The notes: generated by a model not told the origin, from the letters alone. A DNA stretch of 64,000 nt from Bacillota bacterium (GCA_050951805.1 JBMNJT010000005.1:13976-77975), one strand, 5' to 3'; counted from the first letter of the stretch, positions 38,684 through 49,285 are shown. A program made the numbers and translations.

Positions 38684-39676
38684 CTAGATCCGCCGCCTGT
38701 CCCACACCTCCGGATTGACCAAGTGTGCCGGCATCCGGCCTCCAAGCACGTCCATTGCATCCCTTGCGACCATCGTCGCCATCTTTGTTCTGGTTGCAAC
38801 AGATGCGCTTCCGATGTGGGGAACCATGACCACATTATCCATCTCAGCCAGCTCCGGTTCGAAGTCAGGTTCGTGCTCGTAAACGTCAAGACCCGCTCCG
38901 GCAATCTTTCCTGTCTTCAAAGCCCAAACCAGCGCTTTTTCGTCAACTACCGGGCCGCGGGCGGTGTTGATCAGTATCGCCGATTCCTTCATCATATCAA
39001 GCTGAGCGGCTCCAATAAGGTGATGTGTAGACTCGGTCAACGGTACGTGAAGGCTTACAAAATCCGACTCCTGCAGAAGGGTTTCCAGCTGGCAGAAAGA
39101 AGCATTGCAGGCTCTCTCGATCTCCTCGGGGGCCCTTTGCCTGCCGGAATAGAGGACCTTCATGTTGAATCCCAACGCTCTGCGCGCCACCGCCTGGCCT
39201 ATCCTGCCGAATCCCACCACTCCAAGGGTCTTATCGTAAATGTCGTGGCCCAAATAGAGCATCGGGGCCCAACCCTGAAACCTGCCCGACCGCATGAACC
39301 TGTCCGACTCCACAATCCGCCGCGCCGTGGCCATCAGCAATGCCCATGCAAGATCGGCGGTGGTCTCAGTAAGCACCCCGGGTGTGTTGGTCACCGCGAT
39401 TCCCCGTTCTGTGGCGGCCGCAATATCTATATTGTTGAACCCCACCGCGTAGTTGGCTATGACCTTCAGTTTCGGTCCGGCATCCATCACCTCAGCATCT
39501 ATGTTGTCGCTGAGAAGAGTCACCAGCCCATCAGCATCCTTGACGCACGCCATCAGCTCTTCGCGAGTCATCCCCCTGTCATGCGGGTTGAAGCCGACCT
39601 CGCAACCGCCTTCGAGCATATCCATGCCCTCCTGAGGGAGCCGCCTCGTCACATAAACTCTTGGTTTCATATCCAT
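38684..39676 (-). CDS. gyaR: D-glycerate dehydrogenase / glyoxylate reductase
   Basis: AVGFNNID, TNTPGVLTETTAD, GFGRIG, INTARG, GLDVYEHEP, PHIGSA. Confidence 0.9.
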   Translation of the reverse strand: MDMKPRVYVTRRLPQEGMDMLEGGCEVGFNPHDRGMTREELMACVKDADGLVTLLSDNIDAEVMDAGPKLKVIANYAVGFNNIDIAAATERGIAVTNTPGVLTETTADLAWALLMATARRIVESDRFMRSGRFQGWAPMLYLGHDIYDKTLGVVGFGRIGQAVARRALGFNMKVLYSGRQRAPEEIERACNASFCQLETLLQESDFVSLHVPLTESTHHLIGAAQLDMMKESAILINTARGPVVDEKALVWALKTGKIAGAGLDVYEHEPDFEPELAEMDNVVMVPHIGSASVATRTKMATMVARDAMDVLGGRMPAHLVNPEVWDRRRI

Positions 39677-39696
39677 CTCACTCCTCTGCAATTGCC

Positions 39697-40647
39697 CTAT
39701 AGTTGCCGCAACATGTTCTGGCTGAAAAGCCCCATCGATTGGACGCACTCACTAAGCGCATCCTCCCATGGGCGAAGAGCAAAACCGAAATCTCTCTTAA
39801 GGCGCGCGCAGTCCAAAGTTGTATTCTTCGTTCGCCTCGCAGGCTTTCCCTCGCGGCTTCCGGGACGCACGAGAGATCCATCGCAACTAGCCAGTTCCGC
39901 AAGCTTGCACGCAAACTCGTAACGCGACGCTTTCCCCTGGTTTGCCACCACGTAAACCCCATACTCACTTTGGGCCCGTGTTCTTTCGGAAGACCCGTTC
40001 GAAAAGCAGCAAGAAACGCGGCGCCCACCGGCCCAAGAGCGCGTCATGCACCCGATGGCCACAGCAACATCCCGCGCATACGTGGGCGATGTCCATTGGT
40101 CAATCGGAGCTGTCACACATTTCCCGCTACGCAAAGCTCTTACAAAGTTGAGTATCCGGTTATTGTCACTGTGCCCTTTCGCTCCGAACAGCAGCGGAAC
40201 CCGAAGGATGAAATACCTCTCAAGCAACGACTTGACCTCTTCCTCGGCAGCTAGCTTGCTCCATCCGTACACACTCAAGGGAGCAGCAAGGTCAGATTCT
40301 GTATATGGAGCATCCTTTTCGCCACTATAGACCGCTTCGCTGCTGATGAAGACCATTTTACAATCACACAGCCTTGCGGCGAGCGCCAGATTCCAAGTTC
40401 CAAAGGTATTAAGCATGTAGGCAGCTTTTGGATCGCGCTCAGCTGCATCCATGTCGCGCTCTGCCGCACAGTGGACGATCAAATCAGGTTGGGCCCTGCG
40501 CATAAAGGAAACAACTGCCCGGGTATCAACTACGTCAAGATCACGTCTCCCGCAAAGTCCAATCAGTTCATGTCCCTCTTGGCCTGCCAACCAATCAGCG
40601 ACCTCTTCGCCCAACAGGCCTGTTGCTCCAGTCACTACTGTTCTCAC
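39697..40647 (-). CDS. rfbD: dTDP-4-dehydrorhamnose reductase-like SDR
   Basis: TGATGLLG, HCAA, ISS-x-x-VY-x-G, YGWSK, DQWTSPTY, PARR. Confidence 0.8.
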   Translation of the reverse strand: MRTVVTGATGLLGEEVADWLAGQEGHELIGLCGRRDLDVVDTRAVVSFMRRAQPDLIVHCAAERDMDAAERDPKAAYMLNTFGTWNLALAARLCDCKMVFISSEAVYSGEKDAPYTESDLAAPLSVYGWSKLAAEEEVKSLLERYFILRVPLLFGAKGHSDNNRILNFVRALRSGKCVTAPIDQWTSPTYARDVAVAIGCMTRSWAGGRRVSCCFSNGSSERTRAQSEYGVYVVANQGKASRYEFACKLAELASCDGSLVRPGSREGKPARRTKNTTLDCARLKRDFGFALRPWEDALSECVQSMGLFSQNMLRQL

Positions 40648-40824
40648 AAGCTACCGCCCCCGCGATTGCATTAGTATGATTCAAATAACACCCCAACTAT
40701 GTTCTCCACCAGCTTTCCAATGGATTCCTTCTCCAGCATATTGCCACAGGGCCACTCCGCGCCGGCGCACATATGCAAATCGCATGTTTCCTCGAGGCTC
40801 GCCTGCGCCTTGCGCCTTTTTCTA

Positions 40825-41745
40825 TCAAAGCGACGCCGCCGGAAGCTCCAGTGTGGCGATGTATGGGAGATGGTCAGATGCCATAGAATGGCGCACTCGC
40901 GCAGCCTTAGGCTCTCCCACTACTCGTATGTCGAAGGACGAGAATATGAAGTCGATGCGCCGGTTGGGATCAAACGGGTCAATCGTGTATCCGCCTTTGA
41001 GATAATCCCTTTCAAAAAGCCCCTCAGATGCAATTTCCGCGCTGTCGGTGAGCACCCTGTAGACTTGGTATGTATCGTTGTACTCGTGCAACATCAACGC
41101 GATCACTGAGGATGTGGGGATGGTGTTGAAATCCCCCATGATGATGCGAGGGCACTCTGTGCGCGAGGCGATCTCGAGGAGCGCCTGAGCCTGCGCCATG
41201 CGGGACTCGTGATCCTTGACCTCCAGGTGAGTGACGAACACATTGAGCAACGTACCGTCCACATCTACTTGAGCCTCGAGAACAGCGCGCTTTTGGTTGT
41301 CATTGAAGATAGGCAGTTGATGCGTCTCGTGAGAGACGATGGGATACCGACTGATCAGCGCATTGGAGAAATAGCCGCCATCCTTGCGAGCAAAAATAGG
41401 GCCATAAGCATAGTAGAAGCCAAGTTTATCGGCGATATGTCCGGCCTGATCTTGGTAATTGAATTTTTTTGTGCATTGCTCCACCTCACACAGGCCGATA
41501 ATGTCGGCGCCTTCCTCTTCGATCAGATCCGCTATTCGATCCAGGTCATACACGAAGTCGAAACCGACTCCATAATGGATATTGTATGTCATTACTGTGA
41601 TACGTTTCGACCCCACAAGTCCGCCGTCTGACCCAACTGGCACCCCGGCGCCGGCGCAACAACTTGCGCCAAACAACCCATACCCGAATGCCAACAAGGC
41701 AATGATGGAAAGCACCAAGCCCTTTCTGTGTGTACAAAGCAACAT
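40825..41745 (-). CDS. Secreted endonuclease/exonuclease/phosphatase (EEP) family protein
   Basis: MTYNIH, DIIGLCEV, THL, MGDFN, RIDFIF, SDHLP; N-terminal signal. Confidence 0.9.
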   Translation of the reverse strand: MLLCTHRKGLVLSIIALLAFGYGLFGASCCAGAGVPVGSDGGLVGSKRITVMTYNIHYGVGFDFVYDLDRIADLIEEEGADIIGLCEVEQCTKKFNYQDQAGHIADKLGFYYAYGPIFARKDGGYFSNALISRYPIVSHETHQLPIFNDNQKRAVLEAQVDVDGTLLNVFVTHLEVKDHESRMAQAQALLEIASRTECPRIIMGDFNTIPTSSVIALMLHEYNDTYQVYRVLTDSAEIASEGLFERDYLKGGYTIDPFDPNRRIDFIFSSFDIRVVGEPKAARVRHSMASDHLPYIATLELPAASL

Positions 41746-42069
41746 GTGACCCGCCCCCCAAAAATACATTCATGATATACAGACGCCGGCCTGTCGGCGT
41801 CGCTTCGCTCGCCATACGAAACTCTGGCGAACAGCTGGATACCGATGAATCTTCCGTTTCGGGTAACGATTTTCCTTCCCGCAAGTGCGAGTCTTAATCA
41901 ACCTGGGCTAATGGATTATGAAAGGCGGGGCCCTAAAAGCGTGGCGCATGGTTCTGGATGCTCTCAACTCAAGCAGTCCCAAAGCAAATCCTGTTACGTG
42001 GTAATCGGCAGGCGCAATGCCAGTTTACACTGTTCTGGCGTTCACAAGCGAGTCGCATAAGAAACGCAG

Positions 42070-42113
42070 GACAGCGCCGCCGCGAGAACCTGTTGTCTCG
42101 CAACGGCGCCGTC
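42070..42113. terminator. Long imperfect hairpin downstream of the second sugar ABC operon
   Basis: GACAGCGCCGCCGCGAGA / TCTCGCAACGGCGCCGTC; the mismatches become G-U pairs on the minus strand. Confidence 0.45.
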
Positions 42114-42252
42114 ATTTGTATGCAGACGGGCTTCACTCGTTGACGATCCCGGACCCCGGCACATAGCCTAGCACGCATTCACACATACGAGCGCCGGTTC
42201 TCCACCCGGAAACGCCAACCCTTCCTGTCTCGCACACTCCACTTATGGAAGG

Positions 42253-43524
42253 CTACTTCCTCCGCATTATGCGGTTTGCCTCAGCAGTGCCCTCCTTCAA
42301 TGCCGCCTCAACAGGCTTCAAGCCCAAAAGTGCATTCTCAATGGCAGGTTGCATCGTGCTGAGTACCTCTTGAATATAGAGGTGTGGTGTTTCCGGTCGG
42401 CAGTTCGGCGCCTGCTCGACGAATTGCTTGATCACCGGATCCGTGACGTATTTGGCCGGTGATACTGACTTTCTGGGGGCCACAAATCCTGTGTTCTTCA
42501 TTATATAGGCCATATTGTCAGGTCTGGTGAGGAAAAGCACCCATTTTGCGGCTGCATCCTTGTTCTTCGATTTGCCGAGTATCCCATAAGAACCCACAGT
42601 GCCGTAACCTATCTTCTTTGCATCCTTAAGAATAGGGCCGGCTGCAATCTCGAAATCGAGGCCTTCGGCTCTGAGCTTGATGACGTCCATGTTCTCGCGC
42701 TGCAGATCTATGCCAATCTTGCCTGACGTGAAGGGGAGTCCGCCCCCCTGAATGTTCGACTTCTGCATATAGCCCTTGTCAATAAGACCTTTAATGAACT
42801 CCACTGCTCTCACTGCCTCAGGGCTGTCATAGATAGCCTCAGTTCCATCGGCGCTAATGAGATCTCCGCCAGCCTGCCAGACAAACGGAACCACGCTCGT
42901 AATCGGGCTCGGACGATTGAGGTCAAATCTGATGCCCCACTGATCAATCTTGCCGTCTCCGTCGGTGTCGCAGGTCAACTTGCGCGCAGCCTCTTCCAAC
43001 TCAGCCCATGTCTCCGGCGGAGCCTTAGGATCGAGTCCTGCCTTCTTGAAAAGGTCTACGTTGTATATATACGTGACCACACTCTGAAGTACGGGCATAG
43101 CATAGAGGCGTCCATCATACTGACATGACTTGATAGCGCCTGAAAAGTAGTCAGCCCTAACGCCGGAAGGCAAATACTTGTCGAGGGGCGCCAGGTTCCC
43201 CGTAGCTGCCAGTTTCGGGACTAGAAACACGTTGAGGTACATCACATCAGGAGCCTGGTTCGCGGCTAGAGCTGCCATTAGCTTCTCCATACGGCCCTGC
43301 CACGGGAGAACCTCTACATGCACTTTGATATTGGGGTTTTCTTTCTCAAATTCATTAACGAGTTTGCTGTACATTTCGATGTCATCGCTACATAGCGGGA
43401 ACGCCCACATGGTCACCGTCTCCTGCCGTGCAGCCAATCCCGTGGACGCAGCAAAAAGCAAGAGGATACAGATTGTGAGCAACGTAGCGCGGAGCATTCT
43501 TACGAGCTTTCCATGCGACTTCAT
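42253..43524 (-). CDS. Sugar ABC transporter substrate-binding protein
   Basis: Signal peptide, FEKENPNI, APDV, YAMP, YNVDLFKKAG, PETW; GGAGG SD. Confidence 0.92.
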   Translation of the reverse strand: MKSHGKLVRMLRATLLTICILLLFAASTGLAARQETVTMWAFPLCSDDIEMYSKLVNEFEKENPNIKVHVEVLPWQGRMEKLMAALAANQAPDVMYLNVFLVPKLAATGNLAPLDKYLPSGVRADYFSGAIKSCQYDGRLYAMPVLQSVVTYIYNVDLFKKAGLDPKAPPETWAELEEAARKLTCDTDGDGKIDQWGIRFDLNRPSPITSVVPFVWQAGGDLISADGTEAIYDSPEAVRAVEFIKGLIDKGYMQKSNIQGGGLPFTSGKIGIDLQRENMDVIKLRAEGLDFEIAAGPILKDAKKIGYGTVGSYGILGKSKNKDAAAKWVLFLTRPDNMAYIMKNTGFVAPRKSVSPAKYVTDPVIKQFVEQAPNCRPETPHLYIQEVLSTMQPAIENALLGLKPVEAALKEGTAEANRIMRRK

Positions 43525-43559
43525 AGTATGATATTCCTCCCCTTCAGCGCTTTTAGACG

Positions 43560-44414
43560 TCAGCCCTTGATTCCAGCTGACGAGACTCCCTCGACCAAGT
43601 ACTTCTGCAACAACAGAAATAGAATGAACGTTGGGATAAAGCCCCACACTGCTCCTGCCATGACCACCCCCATTCCTCCCATTTCTCCCCTTGACCCGCT
43701 GGCCTGAAGTGCAGACAACCCTATCTGCAGGGTGAACATGTCTCTGGTCTGAGTCATGATCAACGGATACAGGAAATCATTCCACTGCGTCACGAAATTG
43801 AACGTCGCAAGAACCGCCAGTGCCGGCTTGCACATGGGGAGCAGTATCTTAGAGTAGAACTGAAATCTAGTGCAGCCGTCGAGACTTGCTGCTTCGTCGT
43901 AATCCTTGGGAATTGGCTCCATGAATTGCTTGAGCAAAAAGATCCCAAACGCGCTCGAAGCCGTGGGCAACAGCAATGCCGTGTAAGTGTTTGTAAGATT
44001 CAGTTTGGAAAAAAGCAAGAACAACGGTACTAAGGTAGTCTGACTCGGTATTATCAGCATGGACATCATCATCCAAAAGAGTATGTCTTTGCCGGGAAAT
44101 GACGTCCTGGCAAACGCATAAGCCGCAAGCGAACACGTTATCAGCTGTAGAATTGTGCTTCCGCCCGCCACAATAAAGCTGTTTAGTGTCCATCGCATGA
44201 TCGGATTCTGCTTAAACAGCATCCTATAGTTCTCCATCGATGGATTCTCAGGGATCCATCTGAACGGATACTCCAATACCTGCGAACCTGGCTTAAGAGA
44301 CTGGGAAACCATTGCAATAAATGGAACAATCATTGTTGATCCGAGCAATACTAGGATAAAGTAGGTCCAGAAGTTTTTCATCGGCATTTTTCTTAATCGA
44401 TTCATCACTCTCAC
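43560..44414 (-). CDS. Sugar ABC transporter permease (MalG-type)
   Basis: AAYAFAR, IPKDYDEAASLDG, WNDFLYP. Confidence 0.93.
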   Translation of the reverse strand: MRVMNRLRKMPMKNFWTYFILVLLGSTMIVPFIAMVSQSLKPGSQVLEYPFRWIPENPSMENYRMLFKQNPIMRWTLNSFIVAGGSTILQLITCSLAAYAFARTSFPGKDILFWMMMSMLIIPSQTTLVPLFLLFSKLNLTNTYTALLLPTASSAFGIFLLKQFMEPIPKDYDEAASLDGCTRFQFYSKILLPMCKPALAVLATFNFVTQWNDFLYPLIMTQTRDMFTLQIGLSALQASGSRGEMGGMGVVMAGAVWGFIPTFILFLLLQKYLVEGVSSAGIKG

Positions 44415-44418
44415 CCTC

Positions 44419-45297
44419 TCACCTTGCCCGCAGCAGCTTGCTTTGGAGTATGATGATCGGCAATACCATGATCAACATCACTACTGACATAGTTGAAGCG
44501 TATCCTAGGTCAAAGTATTGAAAACCTGTTTCATACAAGTAGTAAACCAGCGTAGTTGTGGATCTGGCAGGTCCTCCATGGGTCATCATGTACGGTTGGA
44601 CGAACATCTGGAACGACCATATTATCAACATCACAGTGGAAAAAAGCGTCGTGGGCCTCAAAAGAGGCAGAGTGATATGCCTGAATACCTGCCATTCTGT
44701 GGCGCCTTCCACTCGTGCCGCCTCATGAAGTGCAACGTCAATCTGCTGAAAGCCTGCAAGGAATATAACTATGGTGTAACCTACGTTCTTCCATATCGAC
44801 ATGAGAACGAGAGACGGCAGAGCAAGTTTGGGGCTTAAAAGCCATGGCACCGATGCGATTCCTATCTTGTTCAGAATCGAATTGAGCAAGCCGATGTCTG
44901 CGTCATATATCCATTGCCAAAGTATTACGACAATGACATAGGATGTTATCACCGGCAGGTAGAAGATCGATCTGAACAGGTTCATCCCCTTGAGCTTCTT
45001 GTTGAGCACGAAAGCTAAGAGCACTGATATGATCAGGCTTGGCACTACATAAAGCGCACAGTAATACAATGTATTTACGAGCGCCTTTCTAAAGACGGCA
45101 TCATGAAACAGCCTTCTGTAGTTGTCGAACCCTATGAATCTTGGCTCGGTCAGCGCTGACCAAGAATAGAAGCTCAGCACTACGTTGGCAACGAGTACAC
45201 TCAACCCAAACACGAGGAATATGATGAAGGAGGGGGCCAAAAAGTAGTATGACTCCCGCGATTTCCTCAGTTCCGACAATGTGTTCACAAACCTCAC
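44419..45297 (-). CDS. Sugar ABC transporter permease (MalF-type)
   Basis: FIGFDNY, LHEAARVEGA, GGP, GYAST. Confidence 0.93.
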   Translation of the reverse strand: MRFVNTLSELRKSRESYYFLAPSFIIFLVFGLSVLVANVVLSFYSWSALTEPRFIGFDNYRRLFHDAVFRKALVNTLYYCALYVVPSLIISVLLAFVLNKKLKGMNLFRSIFYLPVITSYVIVVILWQWIYDADIGLLNSILNKIGIASVPWLLSPKLALPSLVLMSIWKNVGYTIVIFLAGFQQIDVALHEAARVEGATEWQVFRHITLPLLRPTTLFSTVMLIIWSFQMFVQPYMMTHGGPARSTTTLVYYLYETGFQYFDLGYASTMSVVMLIMVLPIIILQSKLLRAR

Positions 45298-45320
45298 CTC
45301 GACTGTCTGCCGGATCTTGT

Positions 45321-46403
45321 CTAAAGCCTGTTCTCTCTCCTCAGAGCAAGAAGCAACGACTCCCTCACGCCCAGTGGAAGCTGAACGGGAGAATTCCCCC
45401 GTCTTTGCGACTCATAGATTGCCATGATGGCCTCCAAGGCTGCACGTCCGTCCTCCCCCGTGCTCCTGCTTGGCTCCCCAGTCTCTACGCAGTGTATAAG
45501 CTCGCCTATTGCGTCCATATATACATTGGCTTCTCGTTCAGGCTTCGGGAATTCAACCTTCTCAAGTTCCCGAAAGCCCGCAGCTCTCTTGCTCGGAACC
45601 ACCTGCCACATCTCCGCATCGGGTCCAAGGAGTATCTTGCCGTCCGAACCCTGAAGTTCTATGTCAAACCGCATATACGACGTTCTCTCATTAACCAAGG
45701 CAACAGCGGATACGCCATTCTTGAAGCGCATATGCGAGAAGCAGGTGTCTTCGACGCCATAGTGCAGATGCTTGCGCTTTTCAGCACTGCCAACTACTGA
45801 ATCAATGTCCCCTGCGAAGAACCTCATGATATCGTAGAGGTGAGTGGCGTCGTGAAGCAGGGGGCCTTCTCTGTCGCTCAGCCAGTCGGGAGAAGGTTTG
45901 CACCCTTGACAATTCCCAAAGATGCTAACGAGTTCCCCGATGGCGCCCAAATCCAACAGCTCCTTAGCCTTCACGTAATAGCTGTTCCATCGCCTGTTAT
46001 GCATCACCATGAGAACTGTGCCAGATTTTCGACAGGCTTCTATCATGTCATCCGCATCATCAAGGCTCAACGAGATGGGCTTTTCGCATAGAATGCCGCG
46101 CACCCCGCACTCAGCGGCTTTGACCACTATGTCGCGGTGAAGCTCCGGGTTAGTGGTTACACTGAGCAAATCCAGGTTCTCCTTCTCGAGCATCTCGTTG
46201 AAATCCGTATACAAAGCGTCGACGCCGAATCGCTCGCCGAAACCCTTCAAGCTTTTGTCAGTTCGTGATGAAGCAGCGACAATCTGAGTGTTAGGAATGC
46301 TCGCATATGCGCCCGCATGTGTACACGGTTTGGGACGATTGGGGTCATCCTCAAGTTTCCACCCGATGCGGCCGCATCCAACGATCCCAGCTCGGTATCT
46401 CAT
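45321..46403 (-). CDS. Gfo/Idh/MocA family oxidoreductase
   Basis: GIVGCGRIG, CEKP, NRRW, LLHDATH. Confidence 0.92.
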   Translation of the reverse strand: MRYRAGIVGCGRIGWKLEDDPNRPKPCTHAGAYASIPNTQIVAASSRTDKSLKGFGERFGVDALYTDFNEMLEKENLDLLSVTTNPELHRDIVVKAAECGVRGILCEKPISLSLDDADDMIEACRKSGTVLMVMHNRRWNSYYVKAKELLDLGAIGELVSIFGNCQGCKPSPDWLSDREGPLLHDATHLYDIMRFFAGDIDSVVGSAEKRKHLHYGVEDTCFSHMRFKNGVSAVALVNERTSYMRFDIELQGSDGKILLGPDAEMWQVVPSKRAAGFRELEKVEFPKPEREANVYMDAIGELIHCVETGEPSRSTGEDGRAALEAIMAIYESQRRGNSPVQLPLGVRESLLLALRRENRL

Positions 46404-46437
46404 AACTCGATTCTCCTTCCTATCTGGATGACGACAA

Positions 46438-47430
46438 CTATATGAGCACAGGAGAATGCTGCTTAGCAGAAGCCCTCGCAGCGCTCAGGATTTTCACTAT
46501 CTCGCCCATCTCCAACGGAGGCACAGGAAAGCAACGCCGATCTATGCATTTCAGGAACTGTCTCATGGTCTCCACAAACCCGCCATATGCCGACAAGGCG
46601 TTACCGATGCCGTCGGGCGTGCCATATCCTTCATTACATAACTTGGCACACAGTTCACGGCTGTCTATGGAGTCTTCTGAGCCATTGACCATCACAGAGT
46701 ATTCGAGCTCGTTCGTTGCGCAAACCACATCGCAGACCGCTATTGCACCATCCGCAAACTTGATGGTAATGGCTGCCGTATCCTCCGATTCTATGTCTTT
46801 GTACTTGACTCTGCTCGTCTCACAGTACACACTTGCTGCCCCGGGCCCAAGCATCATATATCCAAGCTCTACAGCATGAACACCAATGTCCACAACCATA
46901 CCCCCGCCCAACGACAGAGAATCATGCCATCTCTTTCTGGGGTCTGTAGCGAAATGATGCATAGTGTGAATGACCCTAGCATGAGCCAAAGTGGGAAGTC
47001 CTAGCCGCCCCTCCCTCACACTTCGCGCGATCTCCTGGAATACCGGCGAAAACCTGAGCGGACTGCAGGAGAGAATGGGGCAATCGTTGCTCACAGCCGT
47101 GTCAAGAAGGTCCTTTGCCTCTTCATAATCAAAGCTCAGAGGCTTTTCAACATAGGCCGGCACACCTTGTTCAACAAAAGCCTTCGCCAGCTTGCAGTGA
47201 TCGGCGTTTATGCTTTCGACAAGCACCCCATCAAGGGGCGCCTTCAGAAGCTCCTGCCATGTTGGCGCCGCTTCACAGCCATTTTCCCTGGCAAAAGCCT
47301 CGGCGGCATCCCGGTGATAATCCCACACATATGCGACATCTGCTCCTTCAGCCTTGAGTATCCGCGCAAATGTGTATGGGTTCGACAGTCCAAGCCCGAT
47401 TATGCCGATTCGAGGTCTGTCATGCGACAC
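46438..47430 (-). CDS. Gfo/Idh/MocA family oxidoreductase
   Basis: GIIGLG, VEKP, LRF, GGGMVVDIGVH. Confidence 0.9.
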   Translation of the reverse strand: MSHDRPRIGIIGLGLSNPYTFARILKAEGADVAYVWDYHRDAAEAFARENGCEAAPTWQELLKAPLDGVLVESINADHCKLAKAFVEQGVPAYVEKPLSFDYEEAKDLLDTAVSNDCPILSCSPLRFSPVFQEIARSVREGRLGLPTLAHARVIHTMHHFATDPRKRWHDSLSLGGGMVVDIGVHAVELGYMMLGPGAASVYCETSRVKYKDIESEDTAAITIKFADGAIAVCDVVCATNELEYSVMVNGSEDSIDSRELCAKLCNEGYGTPDGIGNALSAYGGFVETMRQFLKCIDRRCFPVPPLEMGEIVKILSAARASAKQHSPVLI

Positions 47431-47457
47431 TCTGCATACCCTCCAAGCTTCAATCTA

Positions 47458-48360
47458 CTAAATAAGACCATGCTCGCTCAGTATGCGAGATAGTATCTCC
47501 AAATCGTCCAGGGGTTTCTGGTCATCGAGCGGATGGGTCAGTTTACCCGAGCCCTCCCCCATCATCTTGAGGCAGGCCTTGAGCGCCCCCACAGGAGAAC
47601 CACCATGCTTATATACCTCGCATAGCGACGAGACCCCGGACTGCATCTTGACGGCTGTGGCTGCATCACCGCTTGCAGCCGCGTCGTACAGGTCAACGCA
47701 TGCTTTCGGATCCAGGTTGGCTATCCCCGGCACAGCTCCATGCCCGCCCATAAGCACACTGGCTCCTATCGACAATTCATCGCCCTGGAGAACACTGAAT
47801 CGGCTTGCTGATGAAGCCAGCGATATGAGACGTTGGTGATAGTCGAAATCGCCGGAGCTATCCTTTATCCCGATGATGTTAGGGTTGTCGGTAAGTCGCC
47901 AGACCGTTTCAATGCCGATCCAGGTCTTGGTCGTCTGTGGAACATTATAGAGAACTACCGGGACTTGGCTCTTTTCTGCAATGTCCTCGTAGAACTTGAC
48001 TAGCGCTTCCTGTTGGGTTGGGAAGTAGTAAGGGGTGCACACAACTATGGCGGATACGCCAGGCAGTGCAGCGGCCTGCATGTTCTCGAAGACCCTGGCT
48101 GTGCTGGTATCTCCTACTCCAACAAGCACCGGCATCTTGCCGCCAACCTCATCAACAGCAGTCTCGATCACCCGTGCCTTGCAGGCATCTGTCAGAGCCG
48201 CAAATTCCCCACTGGAGCCGAGAATGAAAATACCCGATGCGCCTGCTCGAACCATTCTCCGTATGGATCTGCGGAATGCCTGCTCATCCAAGGCACCATC
48301 ATCATCGAGAGGCGTAACAAGTGGTGGAATTATCCCTTTTAGTTCGAAGTCAGCTGTCAT
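47458..48360 (-). CDS. DHDPS/NAL family class I aldolase (KDG aldolase/YagE-like rather than true DapA)
   Basis: GIIPPLVTP, GSSGEF, PYYF, LYNVP, GIKDSSGD. Confidence 0.88.
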   Translation of the reverse strand: MTADFELKGIIPPLVTPLDDDGALDEQAFRRSIRRMVRAGASGIFILGSSGEFAALTDACKARVIETAVDEVGGKMPVLVGVGDTSTARVFENMQAAALPGVSAIVVCTPYYFPTQQEALVKFYEDIAEKSQVPVVLYNVPQTTKTWIGIETVWRLTDNPNIIGIKDSSGDFDYHQRLISLASSASRFSVLQGDELSIGASVLMGGHGAVPGIANLDPKACVDLYDAAASGDAATAVKMQSGVSSLCEVYKHGGSPVGALKACLKMMGEGSGKLTHPLDDQKPLDDLEILSRILSEHGLI

Positions 48361-49055
48361 TTTTCCGTATCCCCTTCTTGACGTTGAGCAAAGTAGTAGC
48401 GCTGTAAATGCCTCGTCATAAGCTCTTCACATTTGCCAACATTTTTCTGTCGAAAAGCATTGTAAATCTCTTTGTGCTCGCTGAGGATTCTGGCAGGGCT
48501 GACACCGGCACCTACCCCCTCTGCAGAGATGATATGGAAGAATTCCTGTAAAGTGTGGGAAGACTGACTCAGAATTGGATTGTGTGTTGCTTCTACAATT
48601 GCTTGGTGAAATGCAAGATCTTCTGCTGCACAGCTTTCGCCTGCTTCAACTTTTGCTTCCATTCGATATATGGTTTCTGCCATAGCTTCATAGTCGCTCT
48701 GGTCAGCCTTCTCCACAGCCAATTTCAAAGCCGCGGTCTCTAACACTAGGCGAGCCTCATTAAGCTGGAAAATCTTCTCTGTGTTGAGCCCGGAATTGAA
48801 CGCAACTGCATGAATCAACGAGGCCACATTGGGCTCGCTCACGGTAATACCTACCTTTGGCTTGGACTCCACTATCCCTAAAGCCTGCAAGCCCACAATT
48901 GCTTCTCTAACCGATGATCTGCTTACGCCGAGCATTTCAGCGAGTTCCCTTTCAGTGGGCAACCTATCACCAGTTCTGAGGCCCTTCTGGACTATGTATC
49001 TTTTTATCGCCTCTTCAACTTGCTGGCTCACGGATTTGTGTTCAATCTTCTGCAC
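48357..49055 (-). CDS. GntR family regulator, FadR subfamily
   Basis: LPTERELA...VSRSSVREA, EAR-x-x-LE, D-x-x-FH...HNP, EH; AAGGAG SD before GTG 49055. Confidence 0.92.
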   Translation of the reverse strand: MQKIEHKSVSQQVEEAIKRYIVQKGLRTGDRLPTERELAEMLGVSRSSVREAIVGLQALGIVESKPKVGITVSEPNVASLIHAVAFNSGLNTEKIFQLNEARLVLETAALKLAVEKADQSDYEAMAETIYRMEAKVEAGESCAAEDLAFHQAIVEATHNPILSQSSHTLQEFFHIISAEGVGAGVSPARILSEHKEIYNAFRQKNVGKCEELMTRHLQRYYFAQRQEGDTEK

Positions 49056-49105
49056 AACGCCCTCTCCTTGCAGCCTCATTTTGGACATATCATCCTATGG
49101 TATTA

Positions 49106-49116
49106 TGGTCAGACCA
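49106..49116. promoter_or_regulatory. FadR-subfamily operator candidate
   Basis: TGGTCAGACCA matches the TGGT-N3-ACCA consensus, just upstream of the FadR gene. Confidence 0.6.
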
Positions 49117-49285
49117 CAGGATCGATGTTTGTATTCTACACGCCTCGCAAAACTCCTTCTCTAAAATTGAAAAGGCCATCTGCATCAAAAAGCGAACTCT
49201 ATACACTAGCAACCCAAAACTCTCATGGACATCCGCCAGCGATCTTCCACCATGCTGGTCTCCATAGAGCAGGAGGGAAATACAC

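Noticed and set aside
38483-39922. 479 aa + strand ORF
   Set aside because: Antisense shadow of the glyoxylate reductase gene; His/Arg-rich composition, no motif, typical of GC-rich codon bias
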